A stretch of DNA of 64,000 nucleotides from Parcubacteria group bacterium LiPW_15 (GCA_007375645.1 VMER01000001.1:209211-273210), one strand, 5' to 3'. Shown: positions 19,534 to 28,977, counted from the stretch's first letter. A program made the numbers and translations. The notes: a model not told the origin generated them from the letters alone.

Positions 19534-20724
19534 TCATCTTTTCCTGTTCAGAAGGAGTAGGGCGGAAATGACGAGTATCGCGCCAGAAGCCTGCCATGCG
19601 AAACCGATCGAAATATGTTTGGCAACATAGCCGCTTGCAACCAGTCCGATCATTCCTCCTACGTGATGGGAAATCGAGTCCAGAGAGATGAGCGTGGCGC
19701 GCTCCGCAGACGGAATATTGTTATTGAGATGCAGATTCTTCACCGGGCTGAAAAACCCGCGCGCGAACTCATGGAACATGAAGAATGCGATTGCCGGCCA
19801 GAAACTGCCGCAGAGCGCGGTTGCGAATATTCCGGCGCCGATCGCGATCTGGACCAGATTCAACGACTTTTCCGCGCAACCGATCTTTCTTATGAACCAA
19901 GGCGAGGCGGTTGCTCCAAGGATCGTCGCTATAGATATCCCCGCGAAGATAAACCCCAGATAGGTGTTCGAGGGAAGCAGATTTCCAAAGAATATCTGCC
20001 ACTGCATATTCGGCGCCTGCACGGCAACGAACTGCGCGAAGCCGGTAAGCAGAACGAACCTTACGACTCGATTGCCTCTGGCATATCGAACACTGGCCGA
20101 TACTGTTTCCGCCATCGCCCGCACATTCTTGGCAACAGAAAATGTTTTCCGCACAAAACCGTCTTCCTTCATATAAAAGACGGCAAGAATTCCCGCCAAG
20201 AATGAGGTGCTGCCCCCGACGATCCAAGGAAGCGAGGGATGCACGCTCGCCGCATATGCCCCGATCACGGAAGAGAAGATCGATACCGCGCTAAACAGCT
20301 GTTGGTCGCGGGTAAACACAATGTTTACCCCCTCGTCGCATCCTTGCTGCTTTAACCGATCAATGACCCAGGCCTGAAATGCGCCGCTCGCAAAAGTAGC
20401 GCCGACCGCGGAGATAACTTCCGCTAAGACAAATCCCCAGAATGTGTCGGTTATGGCGTATAGGAACATGCCGGCGGAGAACAACACGCAAGAAATGACG
20501 TACGATGCTTTCCGGCCGAACACGTCCGCGAAAGCCCCGGTCGGAATCTCGCAAACGAACAACGTAGAAAAGAAAAAGAAGTTCACCATGTTGATCTCTA
20601 GAAGATCCAAGCCCTTGGCCCTGAGGAATACCACATAGGTCGCGGCAATAAGTCCCATGCCAAAGGCAGAGACGGATTTGAGAATCAAGTAGTGACGGAT
20701 CGTCTGCCTAGCCTCGTGATTCAT
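19534..20724 (-). CDS. MFS transporter
   Basis: EIPTGAFADVFGRK motif A; about 12 TM; ERATLIS. Confidence 0.9.
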   Translation of the reverse strand: MNHEARQTIRHYLILKSVSAFGMGLIAATYVVFLRAKGLDLLEINMVNFFFFSTLFVCEIPTGAFADVFGRKASYVISCVLFSAGMFLYAITDTFWGFVLAEVISAVGATFASGAFQAWVIDRLKQQGCDEGVNIVFTRDQQLFSAVSIFSSVIGAYAASVHPSLPWIVGGSTSFLAGILAVFYMKEDGFVRKTFSVAKNVRAMAETVSASVRYARGNRVVRFVLLTGFAQFVAVQAPNMQWQIFFGNLLPSNTYLGFIFAGISIATILGATASPWFIRKIGCAEKSLNLVQIAIGAGIFATALCGSFWPAIAFFMFHEFARGFFSPVKNLHLNNNIPSAERATLISLDSISHHVGGMIGLVASGYVAKHISIGFAWQASGAILVISALLLLNRKR

Positions 20725-20757
20725 AGCTTCCTCCTTTTCAAAGTGCTGTTGCTGAAC

Positions 20758-20793
20758 AAAAAAACCTCGGCTTTTCGTTCAGCCGAGGTTTTT
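20758..20793 (-). terminator. Leader terminator (attenuator) upstream of the MFS gene
   Basis: aaaaacctcggc...gccgagg followed by T7 on the minus strand, lying between a short ORF and the MFS start. Confidence 0.75.
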
Positions 20794-20816
20794 GAAAAAG
20801 TGTTTAGAAAATATGG

Positions 20817-20933
20817 TTATTTCCTGTTAAATACTTCAAGAATCGCGGCTGAATAAAAAGATTGGCCAAAAGAACCACAAAGGTAGACTTTCTGGTCGGT
20901 CGCAATATTCATATGACGATTCACTTTTACCAT
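20817..20933 (-). CDS. Putative leader peptide (38 aa)
   Basis: ATG 7 nt after the -10 of a TTGACA/TAAAAT promoter (20968-20941); stop just before the terminator. Confidence 0.5.
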   Translation of the reverse strand: MVKVNRHMNIATDQKVYLCGSFGQSFYSAAILEVFNRK

Positions 20934-21119
20934 GGTTTGGATTTTAACATATACCAAAATACTGTCAAGTAGATAGCTCTCTTCGGTATACACCGTAGAT
21001 AACGTAAAAAATCTAAATTGGTTATCCTCCCGATCTGTTGGCGCGCTTCCCCTTCTGTCGGTATTAAACAAAAAAACCCGACCTTTCGGTCGGGGCGCGA
21101 TTGCGAGAAAATAAACTGA

Positions 21120-22052
21120 TCAGAGAGGTTTGGCCTGAAGGAGCTTCTTAGCTTTCTCTCTCAGGTCTTCGGGGACGTCCTCATCATTGATGACGGCGAG
21201 GATATCCTCCTTATCGGGATCAAACTTCTTGAGCTTGTTGAAGGCTCCCCGCTTCAAGTCATCCGGAACGAACTTGTCCCGGAGAATGTCGAAAAGATAG
21301 CATTCGTCAAAATTGCGCTTTTTGAACTCCCTGAAGGCTCCCCGCTTCAGATCATCCGGAATGAACTGCCCACAGATGATGTCGAAGAGATCCTCCGTAT
21401 CGATATCACGCTTTTTGAACTCCCTGAAGGCTTTGCGTTTCAGATCATCCGGAATGAACTGTCCATAGATGATACCGAAGAAATAGCTCTCATAGGAGAA
21501 ACGAGGCTTCTTGAGCTCCTTAAGAGCTTCCCACTTCAAGTTATCCGGAACGGACCGTCCGCAGATAATGTTGAAGAGATTGTTTTCCCTAAGGTTGCAC
21601 TTCTTGAGCTCTTCGAAGGCTTCCAGTTTTAGATCATCAGGAACGGACTCTTCGTGGATGATATCGAGGAGACCGTTTATAATAATGCCACGCTTCTTGA
21701 GCTCCTCGAAGACTCGACGCTTCCAGGAAACATCGGGATGGTTCTGAAGGATCCAAAAAAGATCATCCGTCCGGAAGAACTGGAACATCTTGCCCCAGTT
21801 GGCGTCGAATCCCTCCTCGAGCTTCTTCCGGATCGGCTCCGGAAAGAGAGCGATATCCCAGAAACGGCGCTCTTCCTGTTCTCTCCCCACGCCTTGCTGG
21901 ATACCGTAGAAAGCACGAATTGCTCCGTGACCAAGGAAATCGATTCCTCGCGAGCTCTGAAGAACATCTTTCCCGTGCGAAGAGAAGACCTCCGCGTCGG
22001 TCAGGAAGAGAATCTCTCCCCGACATTCGATCCAGGAGACGAACTCACACAT
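21120..22052 (-). CDS. Hypothetical protein with ~31-aa tandem helical repeats
   Basis: Repeated LF.II....VPDDLKR.AF.E.KK; GGAGG SD; own promoter and terminator. Confidence 0.8.
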   Translation of the reverse strand: MCEFVSWIECRGEILFLTDAEVFSSHGKDVLQSSRGIDFLGHGAIRAFYGIQQGVGREQEERRFWDIALFPEPIRKKLEEGFDANWGKMFQFFRTDDLFWILQNHPDVSWKRRVFEELKKRGIIINGLLDIIHEESVPDDLKLEAFEELKKCNLRENNLFNIICGRSVPDNLKWEALKELKKPRFSYESYFFGIIYGQFIPDDLKRKAFREFKKRDIDTEDLFDIICGQFIPDDLKRGAFREFKKRNFDECYLFDILRDKFVPDDLKRGAFNKLKKFDPDKEDILAVINDEDVPEDLREKAKKLLQAKPL

Positions 22053-22146
22053 GTCTCAAGACCCTCCCTTTCTCTCTATTCCTTCTTATTCGGTTGGAAT
22101 TGAACTGCCCGGATTATACTAATTTTAGAGGAGGATGTCAAAACAA

Positions 22147-23967
22147 TTATCCCCCCGAACGGTTGGCGCGCTTCTCGTCTATTTCGGTCAAATAAATTTT
22201 GCGCATCCGGATGGATTTCGGGGTCACCTCCACCAATTCATCATCCCCGATATATTCCAAAGAATCTTCAAGCGATAAGGTGCGCGGAACTTTCAAAAAT
22301 TCCATTCCGCCCACGCCCTTGGAGCGCATGTTGGAAAGCTGTTTTTCTTTGCAAACGTTCACACGGATATCCATTGCTTTGGCGTTCTGGCCCACGATCT
22401 CTCCTTCGTAAACTTCAAGGCCAGGACTGATAAAAAGTTCTCCCCTGTCTTCGGAACCCATCATTCCGTAAGCGCGGGTGATACCGGACTCGGAAGCAAC
22501 CAGACTTCCGTGCGGGTTGGATTCAAAGTCCCCCTTATATTCTTCGTAATCTTCAAAAATGGAATTCATTATTCCCATTCCTTTGGTCTTGGTCATAAAT
22601 ATAGTGCGCAACCCGATGAGGCCCCGGGTCGGCACCAAAAAGTCCATATAGGCCATGCTGTTTTCCACGCGCATGTCTTTCATGTTGCCCTTACGCTTGC
22701 CCATCTCTTCGATGACCACGCCGGTCGCGTCTTCCGGAACCTCCACGGACAAAACTTCCATCGGTTCAAGTTTCTTTCCGTTCTTCTCGTGGAAAATAAC
22801 CTGCGGACGGGATACCTGGAATTCATAACCTTCCCGGCGCATCTTTTCGATAAGGATGGAAAGGTGGAGTTCGCCGCGTCCGGCAACTTCCCAAGTATCA
22901 AAGGTGTCGGTCGCGTTCACGCGCAAAGCCACGTCGGTATCTACTTCCTTGGCCAAACGCTCGGCCAAGTGCCTGGAGGTCACAAATTGGCCTTCCTTGC
23001 CCGCGAACGGAGAATTGTTAACCATAAAATTCATTTTCACGGTCGGCTCTTCAATATCTATGGTCGGAAGCGGCTGCGGATTGTCTTTGTCGGTGATAGT
23101 CTCGCCGATAGAAACATCCGTGATACCCGCGATAGCTACAATGTCTCCCGCGGTCGCTTCGTCCACATCCACACGCGCGAGTCCGTCAAAAAGCATCACG
23201 TTCGTGAGCGACGCTTTTTTGGTCACGCCGTCGCGGCCGATGTGCGCGACTTCTACGTTCTTTTTAAGAGTTCCGGAATAAAGCCTGCCGATGGCGATCT
23301 TGCCCTTATAGTTGTCGTAAAAAAGATTAACGGTGAGCATCTGAAGGGGCTTGGTCTCATCCACTACCGGAGACGGAATATATTTTATTATCGTATCGAA
23401 AACCGGACGGATATCCGTCATCTCCGAGAGCTCGTGCGCATAACCGGCTTTCCCTTGCGCCCCGGAAGCGTAAACCACCGGAAACTCCGCCTGCTCGTCG
23501 GAAGCGCCAAGCTCGATGAAAAGATCGAAAGTGCGCTCCAAGGCCCAGTTCGGACGGGCGCCGGGCTTATCAATTTTATTTATAACTACGATAACTTTGT
23601 GTCCGGCCTGAATAGCTTTTTTTAAAACGAATTTGGTCTGCGGCATTGGACCCTCTTTGGCATCCACCAAAAGCAAAATACCGTCCACCATGCGCATAAT
23701 GCGCTCCACTTCTCCGCCGAAATCGGCGTGGCCCGGGGTGTCCACTATATTTATCTTGATTCCCCCGTAGTGAACCGCGGCATTTTTGGAAAATATGGTG
23801 ATTCCCCGCTCTCTTTCGAGTTCGTTGGAATCCATAATGAGCGTGTCATCGGCGCCGGTCTTCAATTTAAAATCCGCGGACTGCTTCAAAAGAGCATCCA
23901 CGAGAGTGGTCTTGCCGTGGTCAACATGGGCAATTATTGCGATGTTTCGTATGTTTTTTGGGTCCAT
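22147..23967 (-). CDS. typA: Translational GTPase TypA/BipA
   Basis: [40 protein letters not shown] motifs. Confidence 0.97.
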   Translation of the reverse strand: MDPKNIRNIAIIAHVDHGKTTLVDALLKQSADFKLKTGADDTLIMDSNELERERGITIFSKNAAVHYGGIKINIVDTPGHADFGGEVERIMRMVDGILLLVDAKEGPMPQTKFVLKKAIQAGHKVIVVINKIDKPGARPNWALERTFDLFIELGASDEQAEFPVVYASGAQGKAGYAHELSEMTDIRPVFDTIIKYIPSPVVDETKPLQMLTVNLFYDNYKGKIAIGRLYSGTLKKNVEVAHIGRDGVTKKASLTNVMLFDGLARVDVDEATAGDIVAIAGITDVSIGETITDKDNPQPLPTIDIEEPTVKMNFMVNNSPFAGKEGQFVTSRHLAERLAKEVDTDVALRVNATDTFDTWEVAGRGELHLSILIEKMRREGYEFQVSRPQVIFHEKNGKKLEPMEVLSVEVPEDATGVVIEEMGKRKGNMKDMRVENSMAYMDFLVPTRGLIGLRTIFMTKTKGMGIMNSIFEDYEEYKGDFESNPHGSLVASESGITRAYGMMGSEDRGELFISPGLEVYEGEIVGQNAKAMDIRVNVCKEKQLSNMRSKGVGGMEFLKVPRTLSLEDSLEYIGDDELVEVTPKSIRMRKIYLTEIDEKRANRSGG

Positions 23968-24203
23968 AGTAGTCTTGATTTTTAATTCGCGAACGTTGAC
24001 GGGAAGGGGGTCGGGGAAACGGGAGCCCGCCACAGCGGGCAGAAGCTATATAATCCATCCGCTAAAGCGAATGGTGGCCGTGTAGGAAACTTACTCTCAA
24101 TTGGCAGCGAGGAGAAAATAGGTATTAGATATTTTATCCGAGCGAACCAATTGACAGCTCGCTGTCTAACCGAGAGGTTGTGAGGGAGCGAAGCGACGTC
24201 TAG

Positions 24204-24245
24204 GTGCGCGATTATTGCGATATTTCGTATATTTTTGGGATCCAT
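24204..24245 (-). repeat. Duplicated 5' end of typA (14 codons)
   Basis: Encodes [14 protein letters not shown], identical in protein to 23926-23967; 7 differences, all synonymous third positions. Confidence 0.85.
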
Positions 24246-24403
24246 GTGATAAAAAAATGGCGCTTGGCCAGTTAGAACTTCATCTGTGCGTTAGATTATG
24301 CGCTATATTTGTCGATTTGACAAGGGATAGCCGGAAAATCTATACTTGCGCTCAGCAGACAAACACAATCCGACAAATTCCTGTCCGAAAGGAGAATGGG
24401 ACC

Positions 24404-24751
24404 ATGCCCAAGCGCATCCTGAACATTCTGAAACAGCGCAACGCGTTCCGGGCCCTGCTTCCCGAGGTTCCCGAAAAGAGATCGGGAAAGCTCCGAGTCT
24501 TCCTGAACAACGAGTTCGACACGACGAACCCGCTCGACAAGGAGGTCTTCGTCTCTTTGGTCGAGGAAGCCGCGAACCGCACCTTCGCGTCGAAAGAGCG
24601 CGAGAAGATCTTCGCCTTCCTGCGGCTCCGCGAAGGCTCGGGCGATATGGGCAAGAAGAAGCTCATCCGGTTCATCCGCGAGTCGATCTTCGCTTCCGAC
24701 AACACCGACACGATGTTCGGAAAGAACATCCTGCGCGGCATGCTTCCGTAA
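24404..24751 (+). CDS. Hypothetical protein
   Basis: AGGAG SD before MPKRIL; cassette-type codon usage. Confidence 0.7.
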   Translation: MPKRILNILKQRNAFRALLPEVPEKRSGKLRVFLNNEFDTTNPLDKEVFVSLVEEAANRTFASKEREKIFAFLRLREGSGDMGKKKLIRFIRESIFASDNTDTMFGKNILRGMLP

Positions 24752-24761
24752 GGAGACCCCG

Positions 24762-24968
24762 ATGGTGACAATCGCTCAAAAGCTCGCAAAGACCTTCGCG
24801 GCGGCAGAACGGAAGGACCTCGAAAGGTTCATCAGCTACTTCTGCACGCTCGCGGAGAAACGCAAGGAAGACACGATTGCCTCCGTCATCCTCAATACCA
24901 CGAGCGCCGCCCTGCGGATGAAGAACCGAGAAGAGGCTACCCGTCTCCGCAGGAAGTCGAAGCGCTAG
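24762..24968 (+). CDS. Small basic hypothetical protein
   Basis: AAGGAG SD overlapping the previous stop; terminator at ~24989-25020. Confidence 0.7.
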   Translation: MVTIAQKLAKTFAAAERKDLERFISYFCTLAEKRKEDTIASVILNTTSAALRMKNREEATRLRRKSKR

Positions 24969-25030
24969 CTCCTACAAGAAACGAAATCCGCCCTCGGCAA
25001 CCCGCCGAGGGCTCTTTTTATCCAACGCAA

Positions 25031-25489
25031 CTAAAATTTCTTGATGGGCGGGTAAAAATCTCTGTCTATGGTTCGCGCAAAACAATAATCTCCAACAGGG
25101 TGATCCCAAGAGCCGGCCATAAGACCGGTCGGCTTAGCGTCATAGGGCGCAACAGATATGGGCGTGGACAGCTTATATTCCTTCGCGAACTTGGCGCAAA
25201 GTTCGAAGCTCAAATCACCCGTTGTCTTATACGAATACGCCGCGCCTGTTTCCGGATCTACCGGAACATAAACTCCGCGGGTCGAATCAACTAATCCCTC
25301 AAGAGTCGCGGGTAATTTTTGCTTGCCTTGCCAATAGTAAATTATCTGGGATTGGAGATTTTGAAGATCGCTTATTCTCTGATCGTCCATTCTCTGCATC
25401 TTAGCGGCCCCCGGACCGCCGATGCTCCAAAGTCCGAAAATTATCACTATTGCAACCAACCCTACAAAAAGATAGCCGAGTTTTTTCAT
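25031..25489 (-). CDS. Pilin-like membrane-anchored protein (C-terminal partner of DUF5671)
   Basis: TM helix followed by D.QRISDLQNLQ..I..YW....LP..L...DPETG..Y.Y. Confidence 0.7.
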   Translation of the reverse strand: MKKLGYLFVGLVAIVIIFGLWSIGGPGAAKMQRMDDQRISDLQNLQSQIIYYWQGKQKLPATLEGLVDSTRGVYVPVDPETGAAYSYKTTGDLSFELCAKFAKEYKLSTPISVAPYDAKPTGLMAGSWDHPVGDYCFARTIDRDFYPPIKKF

Positions 25490-25492
25490 TTT

Positions 25493-26014
25493 TTAGATAT
25501 GCGCTTCTTCTTGTTTTTCCGCCGCCCTTATGTCCACCAGGTAATAGTAGAAAACGCCGCCGGCCACAATGAGTATTGAAGCCGCCTTCAAGATAAAGGA
25601 TATCGGCGGAAATCCATCCAAAAATTTATTTATCGTCGCGATCAGATCCCCCGCCAAGGTAATGGCGGAAATAAAAAGTGTGAGATATACGAGCCACTTT
25701 CGAATGCGCAGATGTTTTTTGTCCGCATCCTTTTCGTACTGCTTATGAAGATAATTGTTGAGATAGAGGAAAAGCGGGAAAAGGACCACCAGGCTCGAGA
25801 TAGCAAACCGGATGGTGGAATCCGCAAAATTAGTCGGAGAATATCCGTAAGCATTTAAAGTTTCCGGAAAATATTTATCCACGAGCTCAAAAACCAGCAC
25901 GAGAAAACTGACCGCCGAATAATACAGGAGGCCCACCGTAAAAAGATGCAGGAAAAAGTCCTTAGGCGACGCTTTTTTTAGTGATTTGCTGTCCGTTTGT
26001 GTTATTTGTTCCAT
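25493..26014 (-). CDS. DUF5671-like membrane protein
   Basis: PKDFFLHL...IRKWLVYLTLF...GDLI 4-TM pattern. Confidence 0.75.
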   Translation of the reverse strand: MEQITQTDSKSLKKASPKDFFLHLFTVGLLYYSAVSFLVLVFELVDKYFPETLNAYGYSPTNFADSTIRFAISSLVVLFPLFLYLNNYLHKQYEKDADKKHLRIRKWLVYLTLFISAITLAGDLIATINKFLDGFPPISFILKAASILIVAGGVFYYYLVDIRAAEKQEEAHI

Positions 26015-26067
26015 TTCCGAATTATAACATTTTTCGCGCCACCCGTTTGCTATACTTTAGATATAAG

Positions 26068-26183
26068 TCCTGCTAGAAGCCGTGATCAAGCTTCCTTCCG
26101 GGATATAACCAAAAATAAAAATTAAGTCGATTAAATAAACAAAAAATGCGGATTGATCTGATCGCGATCCGCTTCTAATGGGA
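26068..26183. repeat. MITE-like element (same TIR family as 3743-3864)
   Basis: tcctgctagaagc ... gcttctaatggga; the right end overlaps the ATG at 26183. Confidence 0.5.
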
Positions 26184-26962
26184 TGAAAAACAAAATATTA
26201 ATCATCGCCGGCGTGGTGGCTTTGATCGTCATTGCCGTGCTTGTACTCAACTGGTCGAAAACGATGGCGCCGACAGGAGAGGTGCCGGCCGGTGGTACGG
26301 GAACCACGGGCGGTGAGCAATCAGCGCCGACGGGAGGAACCGGCAATACTACCGGAAAATCCCCCACCCCTATCGTCAAATCCGCCATAACCGTTACCGC
26401 GCCCCTTGCCGGCGCCAAATGGGAGATCGGCAAACTGAATACTATTTCCTGGAGCCGAGCCGCGGGAGTCACGGGAATAATCTATCTCATGTCCGCAGCC
26501 GGACAAAGCATCGGTGTGATCTTACCGACCTTTGGCCCCGATCAGACTTCCTATAACTGGGATACGACCTATGTTTCCGTTTCCGCGACCAATGCTTCGA
26601 GAATTAACGTAACACCAGGCGACTATAAAATCCGTCTGGCATTTTCCGGAAACAATTTGCCGGTCACAGATAGCGGCGTCATCACTCTTTTGCGCTCCGG
26701 CACGCCGGAAGCCGTAACCACGGTTCTGATGCAAAATTACGCTTTTGTACCGAATAATTTCACGGTTTCCAAGGGACAAAAAGTAACCTTCACCAATAAA
26801 GATTCGGTTCAGCACCATCTCGCCGTAACCGCAATTCTAAATTCCATGCCTCTCAACCCGGGAGAATCCTATATCCTGGATACTTCTTCGATGAAGGCCG
26901 GAACTTACAATATCTACTGCGACCTGCATCCGGATATGGTTGGGAAAATTACCGTAAAGTAA
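26183..26962 (+). CDS. Membrane-anchored cupredoxin-domain protein
   Basis: TM helix, G/T linker, Ig-like domain; H...YCDLHPDM type-1 copper ligands. Confidence 0.85.
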   Translation: MKNKILIIAGVVALIVIAVLVLNWSKTMAPTGEVPAGGTGTTGGEQSAPTGGTGNTTGKSPTPIVKSAITVTAPLAGAKWEIGKLNTISWSRAAGVTGIIYLMSAAGQSIGVILPTFGPDQTSYNWDTTYVSVSATNASRINVTPGDYKIRLAFSGNNLPVTDSGVITLLRSGTPEAVTTVLMQNYAFVPNNFTVSKGQKVTFTNKDSVQHHLAVTAILNSMPLNPGESYILDTSSMKAGTYNIYCDLHPDMVGKITVK

Positions 26963-26971
26963 GCTGAACAT

Positions 26972-26999
26972 ACCCGGACAGTCCATGGACTGTCCGGGT
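26972..26999. repeat. REP-like 28-bp perfect palindrome
   Basis: acccggacagtccatggactgtccgggt; related copy at 35618-35645. Confidence 0.75.
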
Positions 27000-28381
27000 T
27001 ACTCGAAAAACCTTTTCCCTCTCACCCGCTTATGATAAGTGATGGCAAAGCGATGAGCCTCGTCCCGCACTTTGGTTAGCGTGTTTTTGTCGATTCCTCT
27101 GGGAACGATGCCGATTATGTCCGTCCGCTTCCTATCCGGCCCCTTAACCATGCCAATGACCGGGATGCGCAAACCGTTCTCGTCCAAAACTTTTTTAACC
27201 GCGTTTATTTGTCCCGCTCCGCCGTCAACCAGGATAAGTTCGGGCAAGGGCCAGGAGTTTCCGAGACGCCGGCGGATGACTTCTTTCATCATCCCCACGT
27301 CCCCTCCTCCACTCTTAAGCGCGGAGCTACGGAGGGCAGGATTGGGTTCGGAAAAATTCTGAATCTTAAATTTCCGATATTCGTTCTTATCCGGTTCGTT
27401 TCCGGCGAAAACCACCATAGAGCCTACCGCGGACTCCCCGGAAATGTTTGAAATGTCATAACCCTCGATTCGGACGGATGACTTACTCTCTACGCTCGGC
27501 AACAGAGAATCTTCTTTTATGAGCGCGACGTCCTGAATGTGTTGTAACGCAAAGAGCTGTCTCTTTAATCTCTCCGCCTCTTCAAATTCCAGCTTTTTGC
27601 CGGCTCGGATCATTTCTTTCTTCAGATTTTTTATAAGTTTCTCTTTTTTGCCGGCGAAGAACATTTTTAACTTCCCGATGCGTTTTTTGTAATCCGCGCT
27701 CGTTATCGCACCGATACAGGTGCCGGGACAAAGCCCTATTTCATATTCAAAACAGGCGCGTTTGAACTTCGCGTCTTTGGGGTGTATTGACCACGGGAAA
27801 ATCTTTCTCAAGATTCTCATAGCCTCTTTGAGCGCAGAAGCAGACGTGAACGGGCCGTAAGTGGCGCTTCGATTTTTTCCTTTGCCCTCTCGAACCTGCC
27901 TGCCGGCAGGCAGGGCTTCAGCGGAGTAGGGTCGGGCCAAAAGATCCTTGCCACGGACCAAAAGCACCCGCGGGAACTTTTCTTTGGTAATTTCCACATA
28001 CAAAAAACTCTTGTCGTCTTTTTCGAGGACATTATATGGCGGTTGGATTTTCTTAATAAGTTCCGCCTCGAGTATCAACGCCTCTATCGCCGTATCCGTA
28101 TTCCGCGTTTCGATATCGCGGATCTCCCCTACCATTTTCTGAATACGGGGAGCGTGCCTACCCTCCGAAGCCTTACCGCGCCCTCCGAAACCTTGCGTGG
28201 AGGATGGGGCGAAGGAGGGGGGACGGTTAAAGTAGCTCGAAACCCGGCGCTTTAAATTCGCCGCTTTGCCAACATAAAGGATCGCGCCCTTTGCATCTTT
28301 CATTAAGTACACGCCCGGAGTGTCCGGCAAATCCCCACACCTATTGAAAAAATTTGTATTGTTTGGTTTATATCTAGCCAT
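26999..28381 (-). CDS. uvrC: Excinuclease ABC subunit C (no C-terminal HhH; carries in-frame palindrome insertions)
   Basis: LPDTPGVY..ILYVGKA GIY-YIG, UVR domain, RIEGYDIS, LVDGG, RDEAHRFA motifs. Confidence 0.92.
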   Translation of the reverse strand: MARYKPNNTNFFNRCGDLPDTPGVYLMKDAKGAILYVGKAANLKRRVSSYFNRPPSFAPSSTQGFGGRGKASEGRHAPRIQKMVGEIRDIETRNTDTAIEALILEAELIKKIQPPYNVLEKDDKSFLYVEITKEKFPRVLLVRGKDLLARPYSAEALPAGRQVREGKGKNRSATYGPFTSASALKEAMRILRKIFPWSIHPKDAKFKRACFEYEIGLCPGTCIGAITSADYKKRIGKLKMFFAGKKEKLIKNLKKEMIRAGKKLEFEEAERLKRQLFALQHIQDVALIKEDSLLPSVESKSSVRIEGYDISNISGESAVGSMVVFAGNEPDKNEYRKFKIQNFSEPNPALRSSALKSGGGDVGMMKEVIRRRLGNSWPLPELILVDGGAGQINAVKKVLDENGLRIPVIGMVKGPDRKRTDIIGIVPRGIDKNTLTKVRDEAHRFAITYHKRVRGKRFFE

Positions 28382-28466
28382 TTGTAAATACTATTGAAAC
28401 AAAATTATCATAACCCCGCCACCAGTCAGATAAAACGGAAACCTGTTTTTCAATAGGTGTGGGGAT
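28331..28466. mobile_element. MITE-like insertion in the uvrC 5' end
   Basis: 21-bp perfect TIR atccccacacctattgaaaaa; ATTT duplication; excision restores MDQKKLYQNLPDTPG. Confidence 0.75.
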
Positions 28467-28525
28467 AAATTTTGATACAGTTTTTTCTGGTCCATTGCGT
28501 ATGTAAATCCTATTTAATTTTTGCC

Positions 28526-28977
28526 AAAAAAAGAAGCCTTCCGGTGGTCCCCGATTTGAAGTCGGGAAGAACCGGAAGGCTGTGGGCTACCATGCAGCGT
28601 TGTCGGGGAGTTTATCCCCCTCGGGCATGTGGAGTTCCCTCCAAGAACAAGGGACACACCTCACACACGGCTGCATACCCGTCGGCGAGCGAGACATAGT
28701 TTTTGATTTCTTGACCTACCCTTAGGGCGGCCTCTTTTTGTGCGAAGTCTCTGTCGCCGATTTCGAAGAGCTGGCCGATTATACCACAAACTTCCCGCAA
28801 AAATCCCTGGACCTATGTATCCCGAGGTCGCGGCGAGCAGGGTCACACGCCGTTACTCCCTCACATTTTCGCCGTGAGCAGCTAGCCAATTCGGTCGGGG
28901 GCCCGGCTGGGCTGCCCTCCTACCCTGATTCCTTCGAAGCCGACCGGGCATGGCCGAAGCCCATCAGGAACCATTAC
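28526..28977 (-). ncRNA. Candidate large structured non-coding RNA (one or two transcripts)
   Basis: TTGACA..TGcTATACT promoter at 29010-28983; many GC stems; terminator gccttccggt/accggaaggc plus U-tract; no credible ORF. Confidence 0.55.

Noticed and set aside
28590-28680. Weak resemblance to 16S rRNA (GCTGCATGG; CAGC.CGTG..TGAGGTGT)
   Set aside because: The blocks are short, in permuted order, and explained by a local stem; cannot be supported
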